Source: Actinomycetota bacterium | Lineage (GTDB): Bacteria > Actinomycetota > Acidimicrobiia > Acidimicrobiales > Ilumatobacteraceae | Direction of reading: 5' to 3' | NCBI GenBank assembly: GCA_005788205.1 | Contig: SXYT01000076.1 | Location: forward strand, 3,760-67,759 | DNA length: 64,000 nucleotides | Shown: positions 26,330 to 35,913 of the stretch, piece by piece | Layout: each line of letters starts with the position of its first letter | Position numbering within the stretch: position 1 is the stretch's first letter | Translations under genes and position numbers: made by a program | Notes under the pieces: generated by a model | Databases searched by the model: none | What the model was told of the DNA's origin: nothing | The model's input: the letters and a program-made list of their open reading frames with translations, nothing else

Positions 26330-29300
26330 GTGGGTTCGTCGTTCACTCACCTCCACGTGCACACCGAGTATTCCATGCTCGACGGGGCGGCGCGCCTGGA
26401 CGAACTGGTGGCGAAGGCGGTCTCGGACGGCCAGCCCGCGCTCGGGATCACCGACCACGGGAACATGTACGGGATCATCGACTTCTACAAGGAGTGCCGC
26501 AAGCAGGGGATCAAGCCGATCCTCGGCACGGAGGCCTACATGGCCCACGACCACCGCACCGAACGCATTGCGCGCCGCGGACGCCTCGACGACAACGGTG
26601 GTTCCGACGAGGGCGGCCGAAAGCAGTACTACCACCTCACCCTGCTGGCGGCGGACAACACCGGCTACAAGAATCTCATCAAGCTCTCCAGCCTCGCGTT
26701 CCTGGAGGGGTACCACTACAAGCCGCGGATGGACTGGGAGCTCCTCGAGCGCCACGCCTCGGGGCTCATCGCCACCACGGGCTGTCTCGGTGGTCACGTC
26801 CTGCAGTCCCTGCTGAACGGTGACGAGAAAGGGGCCGTGCAGAAGGCCGCGCGCCTGCAGGAGATCTTCGGCAAGGAGAACCTCTTCGTCGAGCTACAGG
26901 ACCACGGCCTGGCCAACCAGCGCTCCACCAACCCGAAACTGGTCGAGATCGCGCGCAGGATCGGCGCGCCCTTGCTCGCCACCAATGACTCCCATTACGT
27001 CAACCAGGCCGACCACGAGGCGCACGACGCGCTGCTGTGCGTGCAGACCGGGGCGTTCATGCGTGACTCGGACCGGTTCAAGTTCGAGGGCACGGAGCAC
27101 TACCTGAAGACGGCGCAGGAGATGCGCCACATCTGGCGCGAGATCCCCGAGGCGTGCGACAACACGCTCCTCATCGCCGAACGGGCGAATGTCGATATCG
27201 AGCTCGGTACATACCGGCTGCCGGTGTTCCCCCTGCCCGAGGGCTTCTCCTCGGACACCGCCTATCTCGAGCACCTCACGTGGGAGGGGGCGAGGAAGCG
27301 GTGGGGTGACAACCTCCCGCCCGAGGTGGCGGAACGTGTCGCGTTCGAGCTCGGCGTCATCAGCCAGATGGGTTTCTCGTCGTACTTCCTCATCGTCTGG
27401 GACCTCATCAAGTACGCAAAGGACTCCGGTATCCGCGTCGGCCCGGGCCGCGGCTCGGCGGCGGGAAGCGCCGTCGCGTACTGCCTGCGCATCACCGAAC
27501 TCGACCCCCTGCGCTACGACCTGCTGTTCGAGCGGTTCCTCAACCCCTCGCGCATCAGCATGCCCGACATCGACCTGGACTTCGACTCGCGCTACCGCGA
27601 CGAGATGATCCGCTACGCCGCGGAGAAGTACGGCCGTGACCGCGTGGCCCAGATCATCACTTTCGCCACCATCAAGTCCCGAAACGCCGTCCGTGACGCC
27701 GCACGCGTTCTCGGCTTCGAGTACGGCGTGGGAGACCGGATCGCCAAGCTGATGCCGCCGCTCAGCCAGGGCCGCGACACCCCGCTCCAGTACTGCTTCG
27801 AGAAGCACCCTGAGCACATGGATGGCTACAACGCAGCCCAGGAACTTCGCGTCATGGTCGAGACCGATGAGGTGGCGGCGAAAGTGGTCGAGGTCGCCCG
27901 CGGGCTGGAGGGCCTGAAGCGCAGTGACGGGATCCATGCGGCGGCGGTGGTCATCACGCCGGAGCCGCTGATGGAGTACCTGCCGATCCAGCGCAAGCCC
28001 TCCGGCGACATGAAGGCGGAGGACGCTCCCATCGTCACCCAGTACGAAATGCACGGCGTGGAGGACCTCGGTCTGTTGAAGATTGACTTCCTCGGCCTGC
28101 GCAACCTCGATGTCATCACCGACACAGTCGAGATGGTCCGCCGCCGCCGTGACCCGTCGTTCGACATCGACTGCGTGCCGCTCGACGACGCCGCCACGTT
28201 CGATCTGCTCAGCCGCGGGGACACGATCGGGGTCTTCCAGCTGGAATCGCCGCCCATGCGGAACCTCCTGCGCTCCATGAAGCCCACCAGTTTCGAGGAC
28301 GTGAGCGCGGTTCTGGCGCTGTACCGCCCCGGCCCGATGAGTGCAAACATGCACTACGACTACGCGGACTACAAGAACAACCGCAAGACGCCCGAGTATT
28401 TCCACCCGGAAGCCAAGGAACTGCTCCACGACACGTACGGCCTGATGGTGTACCAGGAGAGCATGATGCGCGTTGCTCAGAAGTTCGCCGGGTACTCCCT
28501 GGCCCAGGCCGACAACCTCCGCAAGGCGTGCGGCAAGAAGGACCCGAAGGTCATGGCGGCCGAGGAGGAGGGCTTCGTCGACGGCTGCGAGTCCACGGGT
28601 TACGGACGCGACCTCGGTGCGCAGTTGTTCGCCGTGATCCGCAAGTTCGCCGACTATGCGTTCAACAAGAGCCACACATTCGGCTACGGCCTGATCAGCT
28701 ACCAGACCGCGTACCTGAAGGCCCATTACCCGGTCGAGTACGTGGCGTGCCTCCTCACGTCGGTGAAGGGGAACTATGACAAGGCGGCCGTGCATCTCGC
28801 CGATGCACGCAACCTCGGCATCACGGTGGTCAACCCGGACATCAACCACAGCGAGTCCGATTTCGTCGCTGTCACGGACAATGCAGAGCGCAAGATCGTC
28901 TTCGGTCTCTCGGCGGTGAGGAACGTGGGCGAGGGGCTCGTCGACCTCGTGATCGCCGAGCGCAGTGCCAACGGGCCTTTCGCCTCCTTCCACGACTTCG
29001 CGGCCCGCGTGCCTGACCAGGCTCTCAACAAACGCGCCGTGGAGTCGCTGGTCAAGTCGGGCGCTTTCGATTCGGTCGGGCACCCACGGCGCGGTCTGCT
29101 CATGGTCCACGAGGCGATCATCGATGCCGCGATCGTGGCGAAGCGCGAGCACGAGCGCGGCGTGATGTCGCTGTTCGGCGAGCTCGAGGCAGATGGTGAC
29201 TCCGGGTGGACCGACCACATCGCGGTCCCTGCCGAGCAGTTCGAAAAGATCGACCAGCTGCGCCACGAGAAAGAGATGCTCGGCCTGTACGTCTCTGACC

Positions 29301-29857
29301 ATCCCCTGCGCGGCGTCGAGCAGGTCCTGCGCAGGAAGGTGGACACGTCCATCGCCGAGCTCGACGGCCGCGAGGAAGGGATGGTCACCATCGGTGGTGT
29401 TGTCACCAAGATGTCGCGCCGGTACACGAAGAAGGGTGACCAGATGGCCACGTTCGTCCTCGAGGACCTGGACTCGAGCATCGAGGTCACGGTCTTCACG
29501 CGGACGCTCACCCAGTACGGGCACCTTCTCTCCGATGACGTCATCGTCACCGTGGCCGGCCGTCTCAACCGTTCGGATGAGGCGCGCACCAGTTTCACCG
29601 CCCAGAAGATCGTCGTCATCGATGACATCGGCGGGCGGGTTCCCGAGGTCGTGGTGACCCTGCCGAGCGGCATCACAACGGAGAGCCTCGACGTGCTGCT
29701 CAACATCATCAACGAGTACCCCGGGGATTCGCCCCTGAAGATCAGCCTGTCCTCGGGGCGCAGGTTCAGCACGGGGCCCCGAATGCTGGTGGATGTCGAC
29801 AAGGTTCTCGGCCCCCTCAGGGTGAACTTCGGTGCCGACGCCGTCAAAATCGTCTGA
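26330..29857 (+). CDS. dnaE: DNA polymerase III subunit alpha (DnaE1-type)
   Basis: The GTG at 26330 is preceded by AAGGAGGGG. It has the PHP N-terminus FTHLHVHTEYSMLDGA. Polymerase core motifs: PDIDLDF and GLLKIDFLGLRNL. An OB-fold C-terminus is present. About 1175 aa. Confidence 0.97.
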   Translation: MGSSFTHLHVHTEYSMLDGAARLDELVAKAVSDGQPALGITDHGNMYGIIDFYKECRKQGIKPILGTEAYMAHDHRTERIARRGRLDDNGGSDEGGRKQYYHLTLLAADNTGYKNLIKLSSLAFLEGYHYKPRMDWELLERHASGLIATTGCLGGHVLQSLLNGDEKGAVQKAARLQEIFGKENLFVELQDHGLANQRSTNPKLVEIARRIGAPLLATNDSHYVNQADHEAHDALLCVQTGAFMRDSDRFKFEGTEHYLKTAQEMRHIWREIPEACDNTLLIAERANVDIELGTYRLPVFPLPEGFSSDTAYLEHLTWEGARKRWGDNLPPEVAERVAFELGVISQMGFSSYFLIVWDLIKYAKDSGIRVGPGRGSAAGSAVAYCLRITELDPLRYDLLFERFLNPSRISMPDIDLDFDSRYRDEMIRYAAEKYGRDRVAQIITFATIKSRNAVRDAARVLGFEYGVGDRIAKLMPPLSQGRDTPLQYCFEKHPEHMDGYNAAQELRVMVETDEVAAKVVEVARGLEGLKRSDGIHAAAVVITPEPLMEYLPIQRKPSGDMKAEDAPIVTQYEMHGVEDLGLLKIDFLGLRNLDVITDTVEMVRRRRDPSFDIDCVPLDDAATFDLLSRGDTIGVFQLESPPMRNLLRSMKPTSFEDVSAVLALYRPGPMSANMHYDYADYKNNRKTPEYFHPEAKELLHDTYGLMVYQESMMRVAQKFAGYSLAQADNLRKACGKKDPKVMAAEEEGFVDGCESTGYGRDLGAQLFAVIRKFADYAFNKSHTFGYGLISYQTAYLKAHYPVEYVACLLTSVKGNYDKAAVHLADARNLGITVVNPDINHSESDFVAVTDNAERKIVFGLSAVRNVGEGLVDLVIAERSANGPFASFHDFAARVPDQALNKRAVESLVKSGAFDSVGHPRRGLLMVHEAIIDAAIVAKREHERGVMSLFGELEADGDSGWTDHIAVPAEQFEKIDQLRHEKEMLGLYVSDHPLRGVEQVLRRKVDTSIAELDGREEGMVTIGGVVTKMSRRYTKKGDQMATFVLEDLDSSIEVTVFTRTLTQYGHLLSDDVIVTVAGRLNRSDEARTSFTAQKIVVIDDIGGRVPEVVVTLPSGITTESLDVLLNIINEYPGDSPLKISLSSGRRFSTGPRMLVDVDKVLGPLRVNFGADAVKIV

Positions 29858-29914
29858 TCCCTCCGATTGGGGGCGAAAGCATCCTGAAATGGCAGAATGT
29901 GGGTTCAGAAAAAC

Positions 29915-29933
29915 CGGGCCCCGCGGCCCGTTT
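29915..29933 (+). terminator. Candidate intrinsic terminator after dnaE (CGGGCC-CCGC-GGCCCG followed by TTT, preceded by AAAAA)
   Basis: A 6-bp GC stem and 4-nt loop, with an A-run upstream and a TTT-run downstream. It lies 58 nt after the dnaE stop. Confidence 0.45.
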
Positions 29934-29956
29934 CACCTCGAGGGAGCCTCCACTAG

Positions 29957-30616
29957 ATGTCGTTGGAAGTCGTCACGCAGGACAGCAGTGCCCTCACCGA
30001 GTCACAACTCGAGGAGATGCTCTCTGTCGATGGCGCGTTCGGGGCCGCCAACCTCGCCCGTGCGAAGGACGACTGGGTCCTGTGCACCCTCGCGCGGGTA
30101 GACGGCAAGCTCCACGGCGTGACTTTCTCGACTCTCGAGCGGATCGGCGGGACTCCGTGCGTTCTCATCGGACTCATGACGGTGAAGCGGTCCTCCAAGC
30201 GAGACCAGGTCCTGAAAGGTCTGATGGGGGAGGCGTACCACCGTGCGCTCATGGCCTTCCCGGACGAGGACGTGGTCATCGGTTCGCGTTTTGCGGCTGC
30301 TGACGGGGTCGAGGCGTTCAAGTCCCTGAGCGAGGTGATCCCGCGCACGGGCCACAGGGCGGTGGGCGAGGAGCGCGCGTGGGGCCGGCGGCTCGCCAGG
30401 CGGTTCGGGGTGGATGCCAACTATGACGAGCAGTCCTTCGTCGTCAAGCAGGACGGCCAGTCAGGGTTCATCGATCACGAGTCATCGAAGCCCGACAAGA
30501 TCCCCGCGGACATCGCCGGGCTGTTCAAGGATGTCAACGCAAAGAGGGGCGGGGCGCTCATCGTCCACGGGTGGACGATGGCCGAGAGCCTTGTCAAGCT
30601 CGGCGCCCGTTCGTAG
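29957..30616 (+). CDS. Hypothetical protein (no recognisable motif)
   Basis: 219-aa ORF with an ATG start. GAGGGAG lies about 10 nt upstream. Codon bias is coding-like. I recognise no family signature. Confidence 0.55.
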   Translation: MSLEVVTQDSSALTESQLEEMLSVDGAFGAANLARAKDDWVLCTLARVDGKLHGVTFSTLERIGGTPCVLIGLMTVKRSSKRDQVLKGLMGEAYHRALMAFPDEDVVIGSRFAAADGVEAFKSLSEVIPRTGHRAVGEERAWGRRLARRFGVDANYDEQSFVVKQDGQSGFIDHESSKPDKIPADIAGLFKDVNAKRGGALIVHGWTMAESLVKLGARS

Positions 30617-30619
30617 GGC

Positions 30620-31222
30620 GTGGAATTCTCCGAGGTCGTCCGCACGCGCCGGATGACGCGCGACTTCACGGGCGAACCCGTCGGGCGAGAGGTCATTGAG
30701 AGATGTCTCGATCTCGCGGTCCGCTCGCCGAGTGCGGGAAAGACGCAGGGGTGGCGTGTCGTCGGGCTGCTCGGCAATGACACCGCGGCCTACTGGGATG
30801 CGGCCCTGCCCGCGACCGCACGTGGCTCGTTCGCCTTCCCGGGGCTTCTCCGGGCCGCGTTCGTCGGAGTTGTCACGGTGTCACCCCGTGCGTACGTGGA
30901 GCGGTACGGCGAGCCCGACAAGTCGCGCACCGGGCTGGGCGCGGGTCGCGGGGCGTGGCCGGTGCCGTACTGGACGGTCGACGGGGCGATGGCAACGATG
31001 ACATTCCTCCACGCACTCCACGATGAGGGGCTGGGTGCCCTGTTCTTCGCGGTCGCCCACGAAAACGACGTGCGTGCGGTGCTCGGGATTCCTGACGAGG
31101 CCGAGATCATCGGCGCGGTTGCCGCCGGACAGCCGACGCAGGGTGACGTCCGCAAGGGGGCGAGTGCCTCACGGCGCCGGCGCAGCGGGGCCGACGCCGT
31201 CACCTGGGGGCGCTGGGCCTGA
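30620..31222 (+). CDS. Nitroreductase family protein
   Basis: 200 aa. The N-terminus VVRTRRMTRDFTGEPV....IERCLDLAVRSPSAG..QGW is the classic nitroreductase FMN-binding opening. Confidence 0.8.
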   Translation: MEFSEVVRTRRMTRDFTGEPVGREVIERCLDLAVRSPSAGKTQGWRVVGLLGNDTAAYWDAALPATARGSFAFPGLLRAAFVGVVTVSPRAYVERYGEPDKSRTGLGAGRGAWPVPYWTVDGAMATMTFLHALHDEGLGALFFAVAHENDVRAVLGIPDEAEIIGAVAAGQPTQGDVRKGASASRRRRSGADAVTWGRWA

Positions 31223-33191
31223 GCCGCTCGGCAAGCTCTGCCGGTGTCGAGGCAGGCGCGAGACAGACGAACCCAGAGCACACATAGGCGAGCCCCTCCT
31301 CGCGGCCCTCCCACAACGGGCCCTCCATGGGTGCGCCGTGGGCGACGACCGCGAGCGGCCGCCAGGAAGAGCAGTACTCGCGGAGCATCGCCGGCTGGTT
31401 GCCGGGGATGACCACCTCGGTGGCGCCCGCGTCGCCGAGCTCGAAAGCCCACATCGCGTGGGAGAAGGCTGACGGCGACTGCGGGGCGACCCGTGCGACG
31501 AGTCGCAGGATCGAGTGCGCCCACGCCGCAATGTCCTCGTCACCCGTGAGGGCGGCAAGCCTGAGAAAGGCGAGCGCCGCTGTCGAGTTCGCCGACGGCG
31601 TCGCGTTGTCCATCAGGTCCTTCTGGCGCGCGATCAGCTGCTCGCCCTCATGGGCCGTCGTGAACAGGCCGCCGTTCGTCCCGTCCCAGTGCCCTTCCAC
31701 GAGGCTGCGGGCGGTCTCGACGGCGTGCAGCAGCCACGATTCGTTGCCCGTGAGTTCGTACAGCCGTGTGAAGGCGTCGACGAGGTGGGCAAGGTCGTGG
31801 GCGAGCGCCCTGTGGCGCGCCGGCGGGGCGGCGGTCGCCTGCCAGCTGCGCAGCCAGTTGCCGTCGGAGTCGCGGAGATGATCGAGGAGAAACACACCGT
31901 TCGCGACTGCCGCAGCCTTCCACCGGTCGTTCCCGGCGAGAAGTGCTGCCTCGGCGAGCGTGGCAAGGAACATCGCGTTCCACTCGGTGAGCACCTTGTC
32001 GTCCAGGCCGGGCCGCGGCCGCTCGGAGCGCGCCGCATCGAGCATCCGCCTGCAACGCTCGATCACGTCGGGGCGTCCGATGTCCGGGCGGGCGTGGATG
32101 CGGTTGGGGATCGAACGACCCTCGAAGTTCCCCTCCTCCGTGATGCCCCAGAAGGAGCATGCGGCGTCGGCCCATTCACCGAGGACCTCGCGGACCTCGC
32201 CCGGGGTCCACGTGTAGAACGCACCCTCCTCGCTGTGACCTTGTGCGTCGATTGAGTCTGCGTCCTCCGCGCTGAAGAAGCCGCCCATCGGGTGGCGCAT
32301 GCACGCGAGCACGTAGTCGATCGTCTCGCTCGCGATCTGGAAGTGACGGGCATGCCCGAGGGACTTCCAGGCGTGGACGTATGCGCGCCCGAGGAGGGCC
32401 TGGTCGTACAGCATCTTCTCGAAGTGTGGGACCAGCCACTTCTCGTCCACGCTGTACCTGGAGAACCCACCGCCGATCTGGTCGTACATGCCGCCGCATG
32501 CCATCGCATCGAGGGAGGTGGTCACCATCGAGCGGAGCCTGTCGTCGCCGCCCGCAAGGTGCCTCCGCAGCAGCAGGTCGAGCGAGAACGTGCCGGGGAA
32601 CTTGGGCGCCCCGCCGAACCCGCCCCACCGGCTGTCGAACCGTCCCGTGAGGTCGTCGACCGCCGCAGACACGAGCCCTGCCGGGTCGAACAGGTCCACC
32701 GGCGGCAGTGCGGCGGTGCGCCCGACCACTTCCACGAGGGCATCGATGTTCTGTTGCAGTTCGGCACGCTTGTTCTTCCACGCGTCATCGACAGCTGCGA
32801 GCAGGCGCAGGAAGGACTCGCGCGGGTAGTACGTGCCGCCGAAGAACGGTTCCGCATCGGGGGTGAGAAAGACGGTCATGGGCCAGCCGCCGCGCCCGGT
32901 CATGGCCTGCACGGCGTCCATGTAGACGGAGTCGACGTCGGGGCGCTCCTCGCGGTCCACCTTGATGTTGACGAAGAGCGAGTTCATGACGTCGGCGACC
33001 GTGTCATCCTCGAAACTCTCGTGGGCCATCACATGGCACCAGTGGCATGCGGAATACCCGACGGACAGCAGCACCGGCCGGCCGGACGCCCGTGCCTCCG
33101 CGAATGCCTCGTCGCACCACTCCCACCAGTGGACCGGGTTGTCGCGGTGCTGCTGGAGGTACGGCGATGAGGCCGCACCGAGGCGGTTCAT
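31200..33191 (-). CDS. Thioredoxin-domain (DUF255) / six-hairpin-glycosidase-like protein (YyaL/SSP411 family)
   Basis: The internal ATG at 33191 gives MNRLGAASSPYLQQHRDNPVHWWEWCDEAFAEA....PVLLSVGYSACHWCHVMAHESFED, the diagnostic DUF255 opening. 663 aa. The rest of the 810-aa ORF overlaps fabI and is rejected. Confidence 0.85.
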   Translation of the reverse strand: MNRLGAASSPYLQQHRDNPVHWWEWCDEAFAEARASGRPVLLSVGYSACHWCHVMAHESFEDDTVADVMNSLFVNIKVDREERPDVDSVYMDAVQAMTGRGGWPMTVFLTPDAEPFFGGTYYPRESFLRLLAAVDDAWKNKRAELQQNIDALVEVVGRTAALPPVDLFDPAGLVSAAVDDLTGRFDSRWGGFGGAPKFPGTFSLDLLLRRHLAGGDDRLRSMVTTSLDAMACGGMYDQIGGGFSRYSVDEKWLVPHFEKMLYDQALLGRAYVHAWKSLGHARHFQIASETIDYVLACMRHPMGGFFSAEDADSIDAQGHSEEGAFYTWTPGEVREVLGEWADAACSFWGITEEGNFEGRSIPNRIHARPDIGRPDVIERCRRMLDAARSERPRPGLDDKVLTEWNAMFLATLAEAALLAGNDRWKAAAVANGVFLLDHLRDSDGNWLRSWQATAAPPARHRALAHDLAHLVDAFTRLYELTGNESWLLHAVETARSLVEGHWDGTNGGLFTTAHEGEQLIARQKDLMDNATPSANSTAALAFLRLAALTGDEDIAAWAHSILRLVARVAPQSPSAFSHAMWAFELGDAGATEVVIPGNQPAMLREYCSSWRPLAVVAHGAPMEGPLWEGREEGLAYVCSGFVCLAPASTPAELAERLRPSAPR

Positions 33192-33961
33192 GCGCCCATC
33201 GCGTGGTACCCGCCGTCGACAAGGATGATCTCTCCGGTCGTGGCGGGGAACCAGTCGGACAGCAGTGCGACTGTCGTGCGGGCGACGGGGGAGGAGTCGT
33301 TCACATCCCAGCCGAGAGGGGCCCTGTCGTCCCACACGTCCTCGAACTTCTTGAATCCGGGGATCGACTTGGCGGCCATGGTGCGGATCGGGCCGGCGGC
33401 CACGAGGTTGCAGCGGATCCCGCGCGGCCCGAGGTCCTTGGCGAGATAACGGTTGGTCGACTCGAGGGCTGCTTTCGCCACGCCCATCCAGTTGTACGCG
33501 GGCCAGGCGACCGAGTTGTCGAAGTCCATCCCGACGACCGTGGACCCCGGTCCCATCAGGGGAAGAAAGGCCTCGGCAAGGGTCTTCAGTGAGTACGCCG
33601 AGATCTGCATCGCGATGGCCACGTCCTGCCACTGCGGGGCCATGAAGTCATCACCCAGACAGATCTCGGGGGCATACCCGATCGAGTGGACGACGCCGTC
33701 GACCCGGCCGAGGCTTGCCCGCACTGACTCGCGCACGGACTCCACGTGCTCGGCCACGGTGACGTCGAACTCGAACACGTCGGCCGGGCTGTCCAGCTTC
33801 CTTGCTGTGCGCTGGGTGAGGGAGAGGGCACGCCCCGCCCCGGTGAGAACGACCTCGGCACCCTCCCGCTGGGCCAGCCTTGCCACGCCGAAGGCGAGCG
33901 AGGCATCCGTCAGCACGCCTGTGACCACGATTTTCTTGCCGTCTAGAAGTCCCATGCTCAT
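33188..33961 (-). CDS. fabI: NADH-dependent enoyl-[acyl-carrier-protein] reductase, InhA/FabI type
   Basis: M(S)MGLLDGKKIVVTG...SLAFGVARLAQREGAEVVLTG...VDGVVHSIG...VGMDFD.S.A.PAYNWMGVAKAALES.NRY....LG..GIR.NLVAAGPIRT closely tracks mycobacterial InhA. Its stop overlaps the start of the DUF255 gene (ATGA). Confidence 0.92.
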   Translation of the reverse strand: MSMGLLDGKKIVVTGVLTDASLAFGVARLAQREGAEVVLTGAGRALSLTQRTARKLDSPADVFEFDVTVAEHVESVRESVRASLGRVDGVVHSIGYAPEICLGDDFMAPQWQDVAIAMQISAYSLKTLAEAFLPLMGPGSTVVGMDFDNSVAWPAYNWMGVAKAALESTNRYLAKDLGPRGIRCNLVAAGPIRTMAAKSIPGFKKFEDVWDDRAPLGWDVNDSSPVARTTVALLSDWFPATTGEIILVDGGYHAMGA

Positions 33962-34002
33962 GACCGTAGTTCGGGAGGGTGCGGTGTGTAAGGCTCTCAC
34001 GG

Positions 34003-34671
34003 ATGCGAATCGGAATACTCGGAGGCACAGGACCCGCCGGCAGCGCACTCGGGGCGCGGCTGGCCTCCATCGGATACGAGGTGGTCATCGGGTCGCGGTC
34101 CCGCTACCGCGCTATGGAGACAGTCGACAGCCTGAGGGCGGCGTGGCCCGCACTCAATCTGTCGGTCTCTGCCGGCGACAACGAAGAGGCCGCATCCTGC
34201 GATGTCGTCGTCCTCGCCACCCCGTGGGACTCCGCGGCCACGACCGCCCAGGACAACATCGAGCACCTGCGGGGAAAGGTCGTCATCAGCATGGCGAACG
34301 CGCTCGTGCGGGTGGGCGGGGAGTTCCAGCCCCTCCTGCCGCCGCGGGGAAGCGTGGCGGCGCACGTTCAGGCAGCAGTGCCGGAATGCCGCGTGGTCGC
34401 GGCATTCCACCATCTCCCGGCGAAGGAGCTCGGTCATCTCGGCGATCCCATCGACAGCGACGTGCTCATCTGCTCCGATGATGCGGAGGCAACCCGCACG
34501 GCAATGGACATCGTGGCGCACATCCCGGGCTGCAGGCCTCTCGATGCGGGGGAGCTGTCCAATGCCACTGCAATCGAGGCGTTCACTGCCGTCCTGCTGC
34601 AGCTGAACGTGCGTTACAAGACTCGGGTCGCCCCGAAACTCACCGGCATCAAGAAGGACCCGCGGGCCTAG
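34003..34671 (+). CDS. npdG: NADPH-dependent F420 reductase (NpdG family)
   Basis: The ATG at 34003 gives MRIGILGGTGPAGSALGARLASIGYEVVIGSRS (Rossmann GxGxxG) and a C-terminal TGIKK-type tail. 222 aa. Confidence 0.75.
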   Translation: MRIGILGGTGPAGSALGARLASIGYEVVIGSRSRYRAMETVDSLRAAWPALNLSVSAGDNEEAASCDVVVLATPWDSAATTAQDNIEHLRGKVVISMANALVRVGGEFQPLLPPRGSVAAHVQAAVPECRVVAAFHHLPAKELGHLGDPIDSDVLICSDDAEATRTAMDIVAHIPGCRPLDAGELSNATAIEAFTAVLLQLNVRYKTRVAPKLTGIKKDPRA

Positions 34672-34674
34672 ACG

Positions 34675-35832
34675 ATGGCGATGCGCCTGTACGACACCGC
34701 CCAGCGCGCGGTCGTGCCGTTCGAGCCCGGTCCGCTCGTGACCATGTACACGTGCGGCATCACCCCGTACGACGCGACGCATCTCGGCCATGCATCCACG
34801 TTCATCTTCTACGACGTGCTTCAGAGACGGCTGATCGACGCGGGACACGAGGTGCGGTGCGTCCGCAACGTGACCGACGTCGACGACCCGCTCTTCGCGA
34901 AGGCGCGCGAACTGGGGGTCCACTACCTGGACCTCGCTGCAGGCGAGGAGGCCCGCTTCAACCGTGACATGGAGGCTCTCGAGGCCCTCCCGGTGCACAG
35001 CATGCCGAGGGCATCGTCTGCGATCTCCGACATCCGCGGTTTCATCGGGATGGTCCTCGACCGCGGCTATGCCTATGTCGCCGGTGGCTCCGTCTACTTC
35101 GATGTCTCCAGGTCCCCGACCTTCGGCGAGATCTCCCACTACTCGCACGAGCAAATGGTGGAGCTGGCGAGGGAGCGCGGCGGCAACCCGGACGACCCGA
35201 ACAAGCGCAACCCTCTCGACTTCGTGCTGTGGCATCCGTCAGGAGTGGACGAGCCCTCATGGGACACGATGTGGGGTGCGGGCCGGCCGGGCTGGCACAT
35301 CGAGTGCTCCGCGCTCGCACTGCGCGAACTCGGCACCACCATCGACCTGCACGGCGGCGGGACGGACCTCATCTTCCCCCACCACGAGTGCGAGCGGGCC
35401 CAGTCAGAAGCAGCGACCGGCGAGCCCTTCGTGCGCCACTGGATGCACGTGGCGATGGTCCACATGGACGGCCAGAAGATGTCGAAGAGCCTCGGCAACC
35501 TTGTCTTCGTGGACAAGCTCCGCACCGTCTTCGACCCGCGGGCCATCCGGCTCGGGATCATCGAGCATCACTACCGCAACGAGTGGGAGTGGGACGACAC
35601 GCTGATGACCCGCAACCAGGCCCGGCTCGTCTCGTGGCTGGCCGCCCCCGGCGTCCCGCCCCGCGGGACCGAGGACGGGGTGCTCGGCGCGGTGAGGGAC
35701 CGTCTGGATGATGACCTTGACACGCCCGGGGCGCTCGCCGTCATCGACGCTGCCGTCGCCGCAGGGACGTGCGTCACAGCCGCAGCCGGCCTTTTGGGGG
35801 TCAATCTGGGCCGTCCTGTTTCGGCTGTGTGA
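34675..35832 (+). CDS. mshC: L-cysteine:1D-myo-inositol 2-amino-2-deoxy-alpha-D-glucopyranoside ligase (mycothiol ligase MshC)
   Basis: 385 aa. MRLYDTA.R.VVPF.....VTMYTCGITPYDATHLGHA, then NVTDVDDPLF.KA, WHIECSA and KMSKSLGN. It is a short CysRS paralogue without an anticodon domain, matching MshC rather than CysS. Confidence 0.85.
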   Translation: MAMRLYDTAQRAVVPFEPGPLVTMYTCGITPYDATHLGHASTFIFYDVLQRRLIDAGHEVRCVRNVTDVDDPLFAKARELGVHYLDLAAGEEARFNRDMEALEALPVHSMPRASSAISDIRGFIGMVLDRGYAYVAGGSVYFDVSRSPTFGEISHYSHEQMVELARERGGNPDDPNKRNPLDFVLWHPSGVDEPSWDTMWGAGRPGWHIECSALALRELGTTIDLHGGGTDLIFPHHECERAQSEAATGEPFVRHWMHVAMVHMDGQKMSKSLGNLVFVDKLRTVFDPRAIRLGIIEHHYRNEWEWDDTLMTRNQARLVSWLAAPGVPPRGTEDGVLGAVRDRLDDDLDTPGALAVIDAAVAAGTCVTAAAGLLGVNLGRPVSAV

Positions 35833-35878
35833 ATGCAGCGTGCGCAAACTGACGATTTGTGCAAATAGGTCACACCAC

Positions 35879-35913
35879 GGTGAATCACCGCCGGCGACAC
35901 CTATTCTGAGCGC
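35879..35913 (+). promoter_or_regulatory. Candidate promoter for a leaderless transcript: palindrome GGTGAATCACC (35879-35889) and -10-like TATTCT (35902-35907), 6 nt before the GTG start
   Basis: Read directly in the AT-richer 81-bp gap between mshC and the acyltransferase gene. No SD lies between the -10 element and the start. Confidence 0.3.

Noticed and set aside
26894-29524. An 876-aa - strand ORF inside dnaE. Similar long antisense ORFs occur at 7853-9727, 36669-38507, 62116-63915, 5827-7137, 15690-17441, 51715-53646 and elsewhere.
   Set aside because: All are antisense to genes with strong family signatures. They have Arg/Asp/His/Gly-dominated compositions and lack SD sequences and recognisable domains. 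They are GC-driven open frames, not genes.
29894-29907. SOS-box-like sequence AGAATGTGGGTTCA downstream of dnaE
   Set aside because: The left half-site is GAAT rather than GAAC. It lies upstream of a terminator-like hairpin rather than at a promoter, and the downstream gene has no known DNA-damage role. It is probably a chance match.
33192-33632. Upstream 147 codons of the 810-aa - strand ORF (DUF255 gene)
   Set aside because: It overlaps the 3-prime half of fabI out of frame. The canonical DUF255 N-terminus (MNRLG..SPYLQQH..NPV.W) starts at 33191, with an ATGA coupling to fabI.
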